The position numbers and the translations under genes were made by a program. Shown piece after piece: positions 24,701-36,740 of a stretch of 36,740 bases of DNA (position 1 is its first letter; every line of letters begins with the position of its first letter). This DNA comes from Octopus sinensis (lineage: Eukaryota), in contig NW_021836881.1 of NCBI RefSeq assembly GCF_006345805.1, positions 1 through 36,740 on the forward strand. Direction: 5' to 3'. Under the pieces are notes generated by a model, which was not told the origin of the DNA, ran no database searches, and saw only the letters and a list, made by a program, of their open reading frames with translations.

Positions 24701-27700
24701 CGGGTGAATGAAGAAGAATGCAAATGCCATGAATTGTATTATGAATGCCCTCGATTGATGCAAGAAGCTCTGCAATGACATCTGGACCCAATTTGTTGAG
24801 ACTGGAGAAGTTTCAGAGCAGAAGTTGACTGGAAATGGAAATCCAAAATCTTCAGTAATAAGAGACCCGGGTGAATGAAGAAGAATGCAAATGCCATGAA
24901 TTGTATTATGAATGCCCTCGATTGATGCAAGAAGCTCTGCAATGACATCTGGACCCAATTTGTTGAGACTGGAGAAGTTTCAGAGCAGAAGTTGACTGGA
25001 AATGGAAATCCAAAATCTTCAGTAATAAGAGACCCGGGTGAATGAAGAAGAATGCAAATGCCATGAATTGTATTATGAATGCCCTCGATTGATGCAAGAA
25101 GCTCTGCAATGACATCTGGACCCAATTTGTTGAGACTGGAGAAGTTTCAGAGCAGAAGTTGACTGGAATGGAAATCCAAAATCTTCAGTAATAAGAGACC
25201 CGGATGAATGAAGAAATGCAATGCCATGAATTTTATTATGAATGCCCTCAATTGATGTAAGAAGCTCTGCAATGACATCTGGACCCAATTTGTTGAGACT
25301 GGAGAAGTTTCAGAGCAGAAGTTGACTGGAAATGGAAATCCAAAATCTTCAGTAATAAGAGACCCGGGTGAATGAAGAAGAATGCAAATGCCATGAATTG
25401 TATTATGAATGCCATCGATTGATGCAAGAAGCTCTGCAATGACATCTGGACCCAATTTGTTGAGACTGGAGAAGTTTCAGAGCAGAAGTTGACTGGAAAT
25501 GGAAATCCAAAATCTTCAGTAATAAGAGACCCGGTGAATGAAGAAGAATGCAAATGCCATGAATTGTTATGAATGCCCTCGATTGATGCAAGAAGCTCTG
25601 CAATGACATCTGGACCCAATTTGTTGAGACTGGAGAAGTTTCAGAGCAGAAGTTGACTGGAAATGGAAATCCAAAATCTTCAGTAATAAGAGACCCGGGT
25701 GAATGAAGAAGAATGCAAATGCCATGAATTGTATTATGAATGCCCTCGATTGATGCAAGAAGCTCTGCAATGACATCTGGACCCAATTTGTTGAGACTGG
25801 AGAAGTTTCAGAGCAGAAGTTGACTGGAAATGGAATTCCAAAACCTTCAGTAATAAGAGACCCGGGTGAATGAAGAAGAATGCAAATGCCATGAATTGTA
25901 TTATGAATGCCCTCAATTGATGCAAGAAGCTCTGCAATGACATCTGGACCCAATTTGTTGAGACTGGAGAAGTTTCAGAGCAGAAGTTGACTGGAAATGG
26001 AAATCCAAAATCTTCAGTAATAAGACCCGGGTGAATGAAGAAGAATGCAAATGCCATGAATTGTATTATGATGCCCTCGATTGATGCAAGAAGCTCTGCA
26101 ATGACATCTGGACCCAATTTGTTGAGACTGGAGAAGTTTCAGAGCAGAAGTTGAATGGAAATGGAAATCCAAAATCTTCAGTAATAAGAGACCCGGTGAA
26201 TGAAGAAGAATGCAAATGCCATGAATTGTATTATGAATGCCCTCGATTGATGCAAGAAGCTCTGCAATGACATCTGGACCCAATTTGTTGAGACTGGAGA
26301 AGTTTCAGAGCAGAAGTTGACTGGAAATGGAATCCAAAATCTTCAGTAATAAGAGACCCGGGTGAATGAAGAAGAATGCAAATGCCATGAATTGTATTAT
26401 GAATGCCCTCGATTGATGCAAGAAGCTCTGCAATGACATCTGGACCCAATTTGTTGAGACTGGAGAAGTTTCAGAGCAGAAGTTGAATGGAAATGGAAAT
26501 CCAAAATCTTCAGTAATAAGAGACCCGGGTGAATGAAGAAGAATGCAAATGCCATGAATTGTATTATGAATGCCCTCGATTGATGCAAGAAGCTCTGCAA
26601 TGACATCTGGACCCAATTTGTTGAGACTGGAGAAGTTTCAGAGCAGAAGTTGACTGGAAATGGAAATCCAAAATCTTCAGTAATAAGACCCGGGTGAATG
26701 AAGAAGAATGCAAATGCCATGAATTGTATTATGAATGCCCTCGATTGATGTAAGAAGCTCTGCAATGACATCTGGACCCAATTTGTTGAGACTGGAGAAG
26801 TTTCAGAGCAGAAGTTGACTGGAAATGGAAATCCAAAATCTTCAGTAATAAGAGACCCGGGTGAATGAAGAAGAATGCAAATGCCATGAATTGTATTATG
26901 AATGCCCTCAATTGATGTAAGAAGCTCTGCAATGACATCTGGACCCAATTTGTTGAGACTGGAGAAGTTTCAGAGCAGAAGTTGACTGGAAATGGAAATC
27001 CAAAATCTTCAGTAATAAGAGACCCGGGTGAATGAAGAAGAATGCAAATGCCATGAATTGTATTATGAATGCCCTCAATTGATGTAAGAAGCTCTGCAAT
27101 GACATCTGGACCCAATTTGTTGAGACTGGAGAAGTTTCAGAGCAGAAGTTGACTGGAAATGGAAATCCAAAATCTTCAGTAATAAGAGACCCGGGTGAAT
27201 GAAGAAGAATGCAAATGCCATGAATTGTATTATGAATGCCCTCGATTGATGCAAGAAGCTCTGCAATGACATCTGGACCCAATTTGTTGAGACTGGAGAA
27301 GTTTCAGAGCAGAAGTTGACTGGAAATGGAAATCCAAAATCTTCAGTAATAAGAGACCCGGGTGAATGAAGAAGAATGCAAATGCCATGAATTGTATTAT
27401 GAATGCCCTCGATTGATGTAAGAATCTCTGCAATGACATCTGGACCCAATTTGTTGAGACTGGAGAAGTTTCAGAGCAGAAGTTGACTGGAAATGGAAAT
27501 CCAAAATCTTCAGTAATAAGAGCCCCGGGTGAATGAAGAAGAATGCAAATGCCATGAATTGTATTATGAATGCCCTCGATTGATGCAAGAAGCTCTGCAA
27601 TGACATCTGGACCCAATTTGTTGAGACTGGAGAAGTTTCAGAGCAGAAGTTGACTGGAAATGGAAATCCAAAATCTTCAGTAATAAGAGACCCGGGTGAA

Positions 27701-30700
27701 TGAAGAAGAATGCAAATGCCATGAATTGTATTATGAATGCCCTCGATTGATGCAAGAAGCTCTGCAATGACATCTGGACCCAATTTGTTGAGACTGGAGA
27801 AGTTTCAGAGCAGAAGTTGACTGGAAATGGAAATCCAAAATCTTCAGTAATAAGAGACCCGGGTGAATGAAGAAGAATGCAAATGCCATGAATTGTATTA
27901 TGAATGCCCTCGATTGATGCAAGAAGCTCTGCAATGACATCTGGACCCATTTGTTGAGACTGGAGAAGTTTCAGAGCAGAAGTTGACTGGAAATGGAAAT
28001 CCAAAATCTTCAGTAATAAGAGACCCGGGTGAATGAAGAAGAATGCAAATGCCATGAATTGTATTATGAATGCCCTCGATTGATGCAAGAAGCTCTGCAA
28101 TGACATCTGGACCCAATTTGTTGAGACTGGAGAAGTTTCAGAGCAGAAGTTGACTGGAAATGGAAATCCAAAATCTTCAGTAATAAGAGACCCGGATGAA
28201 TGAAGAAGAATGCAAATGCCATGAATTGTATTATGAATGCCCTCGATTGATGTAAGAAGCTCTGCAATGACATCTGGACCCAATTTGTTGAGACTGGAGA
28301 AGTTTCAGAGCAGAAGTTGACTGGAAATGGAACCAAAATCTTCAGTAATAAGAGACCCGGTGAATGAAGAAGAATGCAAATGCCATGAATTGTATTATGA
28401 ATGCCCTCAATTGATGTAAGAAGCTCTGCAATGACATCTGGACCCAATTTGTTGAGACTGGAGAAGTTTCAGAGCAGCAGTTGACTGGAAATGGAAATCC
28501 AAAATCTTCAGTAATAAGAGACCGGGTGAATGAAGAAGAATGCAAATGCCATGAATTGTATTATGAATGCCCTCGAATGATGCAAGAAGCTCTGCAATGA
28601 CATCTGGACCCAATTTGTTGAGACTGGAGAAGTTTCAGAGCAGAAGTTGACTGGAAATGGAAATCCAAAATCTTCAGTAATAAGAGACCCGGGTGAATGA
28701 AGAAGAATGCAAATGCCATGAATTGTATTATGAATGCCCTCGATTGATGCAAGAAGCTCTGCAATGACATCTGGACCCAATTTGTTGAGACTGGAGAAGT
28801 TTCAGAGCAGAAGTTGACTGGAAATGGAAATCCAAAATCTTCAGTAATAAGAGACCCGGGTGAATGAAGAAGAATGCAAATGCCATGAATTGTATTATGA
28901 ATGCCCTCAATTGATGTAAGAAGCTCTGCAATGACATCTGGACCCAATTTGTTGAGACTGGAGAAGTTTCAGAGCAGAAGTTGACTGGAAATGGAAATCC
29001 AAAATCTTCAGTAATAAGAGACCCGGGTGAATGAGAAGAATGCAAATGCCATGAATTGTATTATGAATGCCCTCGATTGATGCAAGAAGCTCTGCAATGA
29101 CATCTGGACCCAATTTGTTGAGACTGGAGAAGTTTCAGAGCAGAAGTTGACTGGAAATGGAAATCCAAAATCTTCAGTAATAAGAGACCCGGGTGAATGA
29201 AGAAGAATGCAAATGCCATGAATTGTATTATGAATGCCCTCGATTGATGTAAGAAGCTCTGCAATGACATCTGGACCCAATTTGTTGAGACTGGAGAAGT
29301 TTCAGAGCAGAAGTTGACTGGAAATGGAAATCCAAAATCTTCAGTAATAAGACCCGGGTGAATGAAGAAGAATGCAAATGCCATGAATTGTATTATGAAT
29401 GCCCTCATTGATGTAAGAAGCTCTGCAATGACATCTGGACCCAATTTGTTGAGACTGGAGAAGTTTCAGAGCAGAAGTTGACTGGAAATGGAAATCCAAA
29501 ATCTTCAGTAATAAGAGACCCGGGTGAATGAAGAAGAATGCAAATGCCATGAATTGTATTATGAATGCCCTCAATTGATGTAAGAAGCTCTGCAATGACA
29601 TCTGGACCCAATTTGTTGAGACTGGAGAAGTTTCAGAGCAGAAGTTGACTGGAAATGGAAATCCAAAATCTTCAGTAATAGAGACCCGGGTGAATGAAGA
29701 AGAATGCAAATGCCATGAATTGTATTATGAATGCCCTCGATTGATGCAAGAAGCTCTGCAATGACATCTGGACCCAATTTGTTGAGACTGGAGAAGTTTC
29801 AGAGCAGAAGTTGACTGGAAATGGAAATCCAAAATCTTCAGTAATAAGAGACCCGGGTGAATGAAGAAGAATGCAAATGCCATGAATTGTATTATGAATG
29901 CCCTCGATTGATGCAAGAAGCTCTGCAATGACATCTGGACCCAATTTGTTGAGACTGAGAAGTTTCAGAGCAGAAGTTGACTGGAAATGGAAATCCAAAT
30001 CTTCAGTAATAAGAGACCCGGGTGAATGAAGAAGAATGCAAATGCCATGAATTGTATTATGAATCCCTCGATTGATGCAAGAAGCTCTGCAATGACATCT
30101 GGACCCAATTTGTTGAGACTGGAGAAGTTTCAGAGCAGAAGTTGACTGGAAATGGAAATCCAAAATCTTCAGTAATAAGAGACCCGGGTGAATGAAGAAG
30201 AATGCAAATGCCATGAATTGTATTATGAATGCCCTCGATTGATGCAAGAAGCTCTGCAATGACATCTGGACCCAATTTGTTGAGACTGGAGAAGTTTCAG
30301 AGCAGAAGTTGACTGGAAATGGAAATCCAAATCTTCAGTAATAAGAGACCCGGATGAAGAAGAATGCAAATGCCATGAATTGTATTATGAATGCCCTCGA
30401 TTGATGTAAGAAGCTCTGCAATGACATCTGGACCCAATTTGTTGAGACTGGAGAAGTTTCAGAGCAGAAGTTGACTGGAATGGAAATCCAAAATCTTCAG
30501 TAATAAGAGACCCCGGTGTGAATGAAGAAGAATGCAAATGCCATGAATTGTATTATGAATGCCCTCAATTGATGTAAGAAGCTCTGCAATGACATCTGGA
30601 CCCAATTTGTTGAGACTGGAGAAGTTTCAGAGCAGAATTTGACTGGAAATGAAATCCAAAATCTTCAGTAATAAGAGACCCGGGTGAATGAAGAAGAATG

Positions 30701-33700
30701 CAAATGCCATGAATTGTATTATGAATGCCCTCAATTGATGTAAGAAGCTCTGCAATGACATCTGGACCCATTTGTTGAGACTGGAGAAGTTTCAGAGCAG
30801 AATTGACTGGAAATGGAAATCCAAAATCTTCAGTAATAAGAGACCCGGTGAATGAAGAAGAATGCAAATGCCATGAATTGTATTATGAATGCACTCGATT
30901 GATGCAAGAAGCTCTGCAATGACATCTGGACCCAATTTGTTGAGACTGGAGAAGTTTCAGAGCAGAAGTTGACTGGAATGGAAATCCAAAATCTTCAGTA
31001 ATAAGAGACCCGGGTGAATGAAGAAGAATGCAAATGCCATGAATTGTATTATGAATGCCCTCGTTTGATGTAAGAAGCTCTGCAATGACATCTGGACCCA
31101 ATTTGTTGAGACTGGAGAAGTTTCAGAGCAGAAGTTGACTGGAAATGGAAATCCAAAATCTTCAGTAATAAGAGACCCGGGTGAATGAAGAGAATGCAAA
31201 TGCCATGAATTGTATTATGAATGCCCTCGATTGATGCAAGAAGCTCTGCAATGACATCTGGACCCAATTTGTTGAGACTGGAGAAGTTCAGAGCAGAAGT
31301 TGACTGGAAATGGAAATCCAAAATCTTCAGTAATAGAGACCCGGGTGAATGAAGAAGAATGCAAATGCCATGAATTGTATTATGAATGCCCTCGATTGAT
31401 GCAAGAAGCTCTGCAATGACATCTGGACCCAATTTGTTGAGACTGGAGAAGTTTCAGAGCAGAAGTTGACTGGAAATGGAAATCCAAAATCTTCAGTAAT
31501 AAGAGACCTGGGTGAATGAAGAAGAATGCAAATGCCATGAATTGTATTATGAATGCCCTTGATTGATGCAAGAAGCTCTGCAATGACATCTGGACCCAAT
31601 TTATTGAGACTGGAGAAGTTTCAGAGCAGAAGTTGACTGGAAATGGAAATCCAAAATCTTCAGTAATAAGAGACCCGGGTGAATGAAGAAGAATGCAAAT
31701 GCCATGAATTGTATTATGAATGCCCTCGATTGATGCAAGAAGCTCTGCAATGACATCTGGACCCAATTTGTTGAGACTGCAGAAGTTTCAGAGCAGAAGT
31801 TGACTGGAAATGGAAATCCAAAATCTTCAGTAATAAGAGACCCGGGTGAATGAAGAAGAATGCAAATGCCATGAATTGTATTATGAATGCCCTCGATTGA
31901 TGCAAGAAGCTCTGCAATGACATCTGGACCCAATTTGTTGAGACTGGAGAAGTTTCAGAGCAGAAGTTGACTGGAAATGGAAATCCAAAATCTTCAGTAA
32001 TAAGAGACCCGGGTGAATGAAGAAGAATGCAAATGCCATGAATTGTATTATGAATGCCCTCGATTGATGCAAGAAGCTCTGCAATGACATCTGGACCCAA
32101 TTTATTGAGACAGGAGAAGTTTCAGAGCAGAAGTTGACTGGAAATGGAAATCCAAAATCTTCAGTAATAAGAGACCCGGGTGAATGAAGAAGAATGCAAA
32201 TGCCATGAATTGTATTATGAATGCCCTCGATTGATGCAAGAAGCTCTGCAATGACATCTGGACCCAATTTGTTGAGACTGGAGAAGTTTCAGAGCAGAAG
32301 TTGACTGGAATGGAAAACCAAAATCTTCAGTAATAAGAGACCCGGTGAATGAAGAAGAATGCAAATGCCATGAATTGTATTATGAATGCCCTCGATTGAT
32401 GCAAGAAGCTCTGCAATGACATCTGGACCCAATTTGTTGAGACTGGAGAAGTTTCAGAGCAGAAGTTGACTGGAAATGGAAATCCAAAATCTTCAGTAAT
32501 AAGAGACCCGGGTGAATGAAGAAGAATGCAAATGCCATGAATTGTATTATGAATGCCCTCGATTGATGCAAGAAGCTCTGCAATGACATCTGGACCCAAT
32601 TTGTTGAGACTGGAGAAGTTTCAGAGCAGAAGTTGGCTGGAAATGGAAATCCAAAATCTTCAGTAATAAGAGACCCGGGTGAATGAAGAAGAATGCAAAT
32701 GCCATGAATTGTATTATGAATGCCCTCGATTGATGCAAGAAGCTCTGCAATGACATCTGGACCCAATTTGTTGAGACTGGAGAAGTTTCAGAGCAGAAGT
32801 TGACTGGAAATGGAAATCCAAAATCTTCAGTAATAAGAGACCCGGGTGAATGAAGAAGAATGCAAATGCCATGAATTGTATTATGAATGCCCTCGATTGA
32901 TGCAAGAAGCTCTGCAATGACATCTGGACCCAATTTATTGAGACAGGAGAAGTTTCAGAGCAGAAGTTGACTGGAAATGGAAATCCAAAATCTTCAGTAA
33001 TAAGAGACCTGGGTGAATGAAGAAGAATGCAAATGCCATGAATTGTATTATGAATGCCCTCGATTGATGTAAGAAGCTCTGCAATGACATCTGGACCCAA
33101 TTTGTTGAGACTGGAGAAGTTTCAGAGCAGAAGTTGACTGGAAATGGAAATCCAAAATCTTCAGTAATAAGAGACCCGGTGAATGAAGAAGAATGCAAAT
33201 GCCATGAATTGTATTATGAATGCCCTCGATTGATGCAAGAAGCTCTGCAAAGACATCTGGACCCAATTTGTTGAGACTGGAGAAGTTTCAGAGCAGAAGT
33301 TGACTGGAAATGGAAATCCAAAATCTTCAGTAATAAGACCCGGTGAATGAAGAAGAATGCAAATGCCATGAATTGTATTATGAATGCCCTCGATTGATGT
33401 AAGAAGCTCTGCAATGACATCTGGACCCAATTTGTTGAGACTGGAGAAGTTTCAGAGCAGAAGTTGACTGGAAATGGAAATCCAAAATCTTCAGTAATAA
33501 GAACCGGTGAATGAGAAGAATGCAAATGCCATGAATCGTATTATGAATGCCCTCGATTGATGCAAGAAGCTCTGCAATGACATCTGGACCCAATTTGTTG
33601 AGACTGGAGAAGTTTCAGAGCAGAAGTTGACTGGAAATGGAAATTCAAAATCTTCAGTAATAAGAGACCCAGGTGAATGAAGAAGAATGCAAATGCCATG

Positions 33701-36700
33701 AATTGTATTATGAATGCCCCGATTCGATTGATGCAAGAAGCTCTGCAATGACATCTGGACCCAATTTGTTGAGACTGGAGAAGTTTCAGAGCAGAAGTTG
33801 ACTGGAAATGGAAATCCAAAATCTTCAGTAATAAGAGACCCGGGTGAATGAAGAAGATGCAAATGCCATGAATTGTATTATGAATGCCCTCGATTGATGC
33901 AAGAAGCTCTGCAATGACATCTGGACCCAATTTGTTGAGACTGGAGAAGTTTCAGAGCAGAAGTTGACTGGAAATGGAAATCCAAAACCTTCAGTAATAA
34001 GAGACCCGGGTGAATGAAGAAGAATGCAAATGCCATGAATTGTATTATGAATGCCCTCGATTGATGCAAGAAGCTCTGCAATGACATCTGGACCCAATTT
34101 GTTGAGACTGGAGAAGTTTCAGAGCAGAAGTTGACTGGAAATGGAAATCCAAAATCTTCAGTAATAAGAGACCCGGTGAATGAAGAAGAATACAAATGCC
34201 ATGAATTGTATTATGAATGCCCTCGATTGATGCAAGAAGCTCTGCAATGACATCTGGACCCAATTTGTTGAGACTGGAGAAGTTTCAGAGCAGAAGTTGA
34301 CTGGAAATGGAAATCCAAAATCTTCAGTAATAAGAGACCCGGTGAATGAAGAAGAATGCAAATGCCATGAATTGTATTATGAATGCCCTCGATTGATGCA
34401 AGAAGCTCTGCAATGACATCTGGACCCAATTTGTTGAGACTGGAGAAGTTTCAGAGCAGAAGTTGACAGTGACTGAATGGAATCCAAAATCTTCAGTAAT
34501 AAGACCCCCGGGTGAATGAAGAAGAATGCAAATGCCATGAATTGTATTATGAATGCCCTCGATTGATGCAAGAAGCTCTGCAATGACATCTGGACCCAAT
34601 TTGTTGAGACTGGAGATGTTTCAGAGCAGAAGTTGACTGGAAATGGAAATCCAAAATCTTCAGTAATAAGAGACCCGGGTGAATGAAGAAGAATGCAAAT
34701 GCCATGAATTGTATTATGAATGCCCTCGATTGATGCAAGAAGCTCTGCAATGACATCTGGACCCAATTTGTTGAGACTGGAGAAGTTTCAGAGCAGAGTT
34801 GACTGGAAATGGAAATCCAAAATCTTCAGTAATAAGAGACCCGGGTGAATGAAGAAGAATGCAAATGCCATGAATTGTATTATGAATGCCCTCGATTGAT
34901 GTAAGAAGCTCTGCAATGACATCTGGACCCAATTTGTTGAGACTGGAGAAGTTTCAGAGCAGAAGTTGACTGGAAATGGAAATCCAAAATCTTCAGTAAT
35001 AAGAGACCCGGGTGAATGAAGAAGAATGCAAATGCCATGAATTGTATTATGAATGCCCTCGATTGATGCAAGAAGCTCTGCAAAGACATCTGGACCCAAT
35101 TTGTTGAGACTGGAGAAGTTTCAGAGCAGAAGTTGACTGGAAATGGAATCCAAAATCTTCAGTAATAAGAGACACGGTGAATGAAGAAGAATGCAAATAC
35201 CATGAATTGTATTATGAATGCCCTCGATTGATGTAAGAAGCTCTGCAATGACATCTGGACCCAATTTGTTGAGACTGGAGAAGTTTCAGAGCAGAAGTTG
35301 ACTGGAAATGGAAATCCAAAATCTTCAGTAATAAGAGACCCGGGTGAATGAAGAAGAATGCAAATGCCATGAATCGTATTCTGAATGCCCTCGATTGATG
35401 CAAGAAGCTCTGCAATGACATCTGGACCCAATTTGTTGAGACTGGAGAAGTTTCAGAGCAGAAGTTGACTGGAAATGGAAATCCAAAATCTTCAGTAATA
35501 AGAGACCCGGTGAATGAAGAAGAATGCAATGCCATGAATTGTATTATGAATGCCCTCGATTGATGCAAGAAGCTCTGCAATGACATCTGGACCCAATTTG
35601 TTGAGACTGGAGAAGTTTCAGAGCAGAAGTTGACTGGAAATGGAAATCCAAAATCTTCAGTAATAGAGACCCGGGTGAATGAAGAAGAATGCAAATGCCA
35701 TGAATTGTATTATGAATGCCCTCGATTGATGCAAGAAGCTCTGCAATGACATCTGGACCCAATTTGTTGAGACTGGTGAAGTTTCAGAGCAGAAGTTGAC
35801 TGGAAATGGAAATCCAAAACCTTCAGTAATAAGAGACCCGGGTGAATGAAGAAGAATGCAAATGCCATGAATTGTATTATGAATGCCCTCGATTGATGCA
35901 AGAAGCTCTGCAATGACATCTGGACCCAATTTGTTGAGACTGGAGAAGTTTCAGAGCAGAAGTTGACTGGAAATGGAAATCCAAAATCTTCAGTAATAAG
36001 AGACCCGGGTGAATGAAGAAGAATGCAAATGCCATGAATTGTATTATGAATGCCCTCGATTGATGCAAGAAGCTCTGCAATGACATCTGGACCCAATTTG
36101 TTGAGACTGGAGAAGTTTCAGAGCAGAAGTTGACTGGAAATGGAAATCCAAAATCTTCAGTAATAAGAGACCCGGTGAATGAAGAAGAAGCAAATGCCAT
36201 GCCATGATTGTATTATGAATGCCCTCGATTGATGCAAGAAGCTCTGCAATGACATCTGGACCCAATTTGTTGAGACTGGAGAAGTTTCAGAGCAGAAGTT
36301 GACTGGAATGGAAATCCAAAATCTTCAGTAATAAGAGACCCGGGTGAATGAAGAAGAATGCAAATGCCATGAATTGTATTATGAATGCCCTCGATTGATG
36401 TAAGAAGCTCTGCAATGACATCTGGACCCAATTTGTTGAGACTGGAGAAGTTTCAGAGCAGAAGTTGACTGGAAATGGAAATCCAAAATCTTCAGTAATA
36501 AGAGACCCGGTGAATGAAGAAGAATGCAAATGCCATGAATTATTATGAATGCCCTCGATTGATGCAAGAAGCTCTGCAAAGACATCTGGACCCAATTTGT
36601 TGAGACTGGAGAAGTTTCAGAGCAGAAGTTGACTGGAAATGGAAATCCAAAATCTTCAGTAATAAGAGACCCGGGTGAATGAAGAAGAATGCAAATGCCA

Positions 36701-36740
36701 TGAATTGTATTATGAATGCCCTCGATTGATGTAAGAAGCT
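12774..36740. repeat. 167-bp satellite DNA array, ~144 head-to-tail monomers, runs off the window end
   Basis: Monomer cagtaataagagacccgggtgaatgaagaagaatgcaaatgccatgaattgtattatgaatgccctcgattgatgcaagaagctctgcaatgacatctggacccaatttgttgagactggagaagtttcagagcagaagttgactggaaatggaaatccaaaatctt starts at 12774 and again at 12941. Monomers differ by only a few bases, and no inversions or insertions of foreign sequence were seen. Confidence 0.99.

Noticed and set aside
12774-36740. CRISPR-like or repeat-spacer array
   Set aside because: There are no unique spacers; the whole monomer is repeated. The context is eukaryotic.
12774-36740. Tandem RNA gene array (5S, snRNA, tRNA, spliced leader)
   Set aside because: No recognisable 5S, U-snRNA or tRNA sequence, Pol III boxes with oligo-T terminator, or Sm site was seen by eye. 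An Rfam scan would be the formal test.

Overview
Eukaryotic, AT-rich animal DNA. The repeat families and KRAB-less zinc-finger genes look cephalopod (Octopus-like); this is recognition from memory, not a database result. The window has two halves. (1) 1-12.7 kb is a small cluster of three C2H2 zinc-finger-only coding exons: A 613-1224 minus, 7 fingers; B 5378-6559 minus, 13 fingers; C 11743-12527 plus, 7 intact fingers, then a 1-nt frameshift and 2 more. All three have a homologous splice acceptor 280-430 nt upstream of the ATG and point away from a central regulatory-looking region (8.7-10.9 kb). That region holds an inverted duplicate (~175 bp) carrying a candidate non-coding first exon and GTGAGT donor. 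A and C are recent inverted paralogues, and B lies inside the putative intron of A. Interspersed are a decayed RTE-like LINE fragment, tRNA-derived SINEs, a TTAA/piggyBac-type MITE and microsatellites. (2) 12774 to the end is an uninterrupted array of a 167-bp satellite (~144 monomers) starting ~250 bp after ZNF C. Diagnostic variants show hidden higher-order structure: a ~10-12 kb block (13.4-25 kb) recurs at 25.2-35 kb, with nested ~15-mer and ~9-11-mer periodicities. The many ORFs called inside the array are artefacts.
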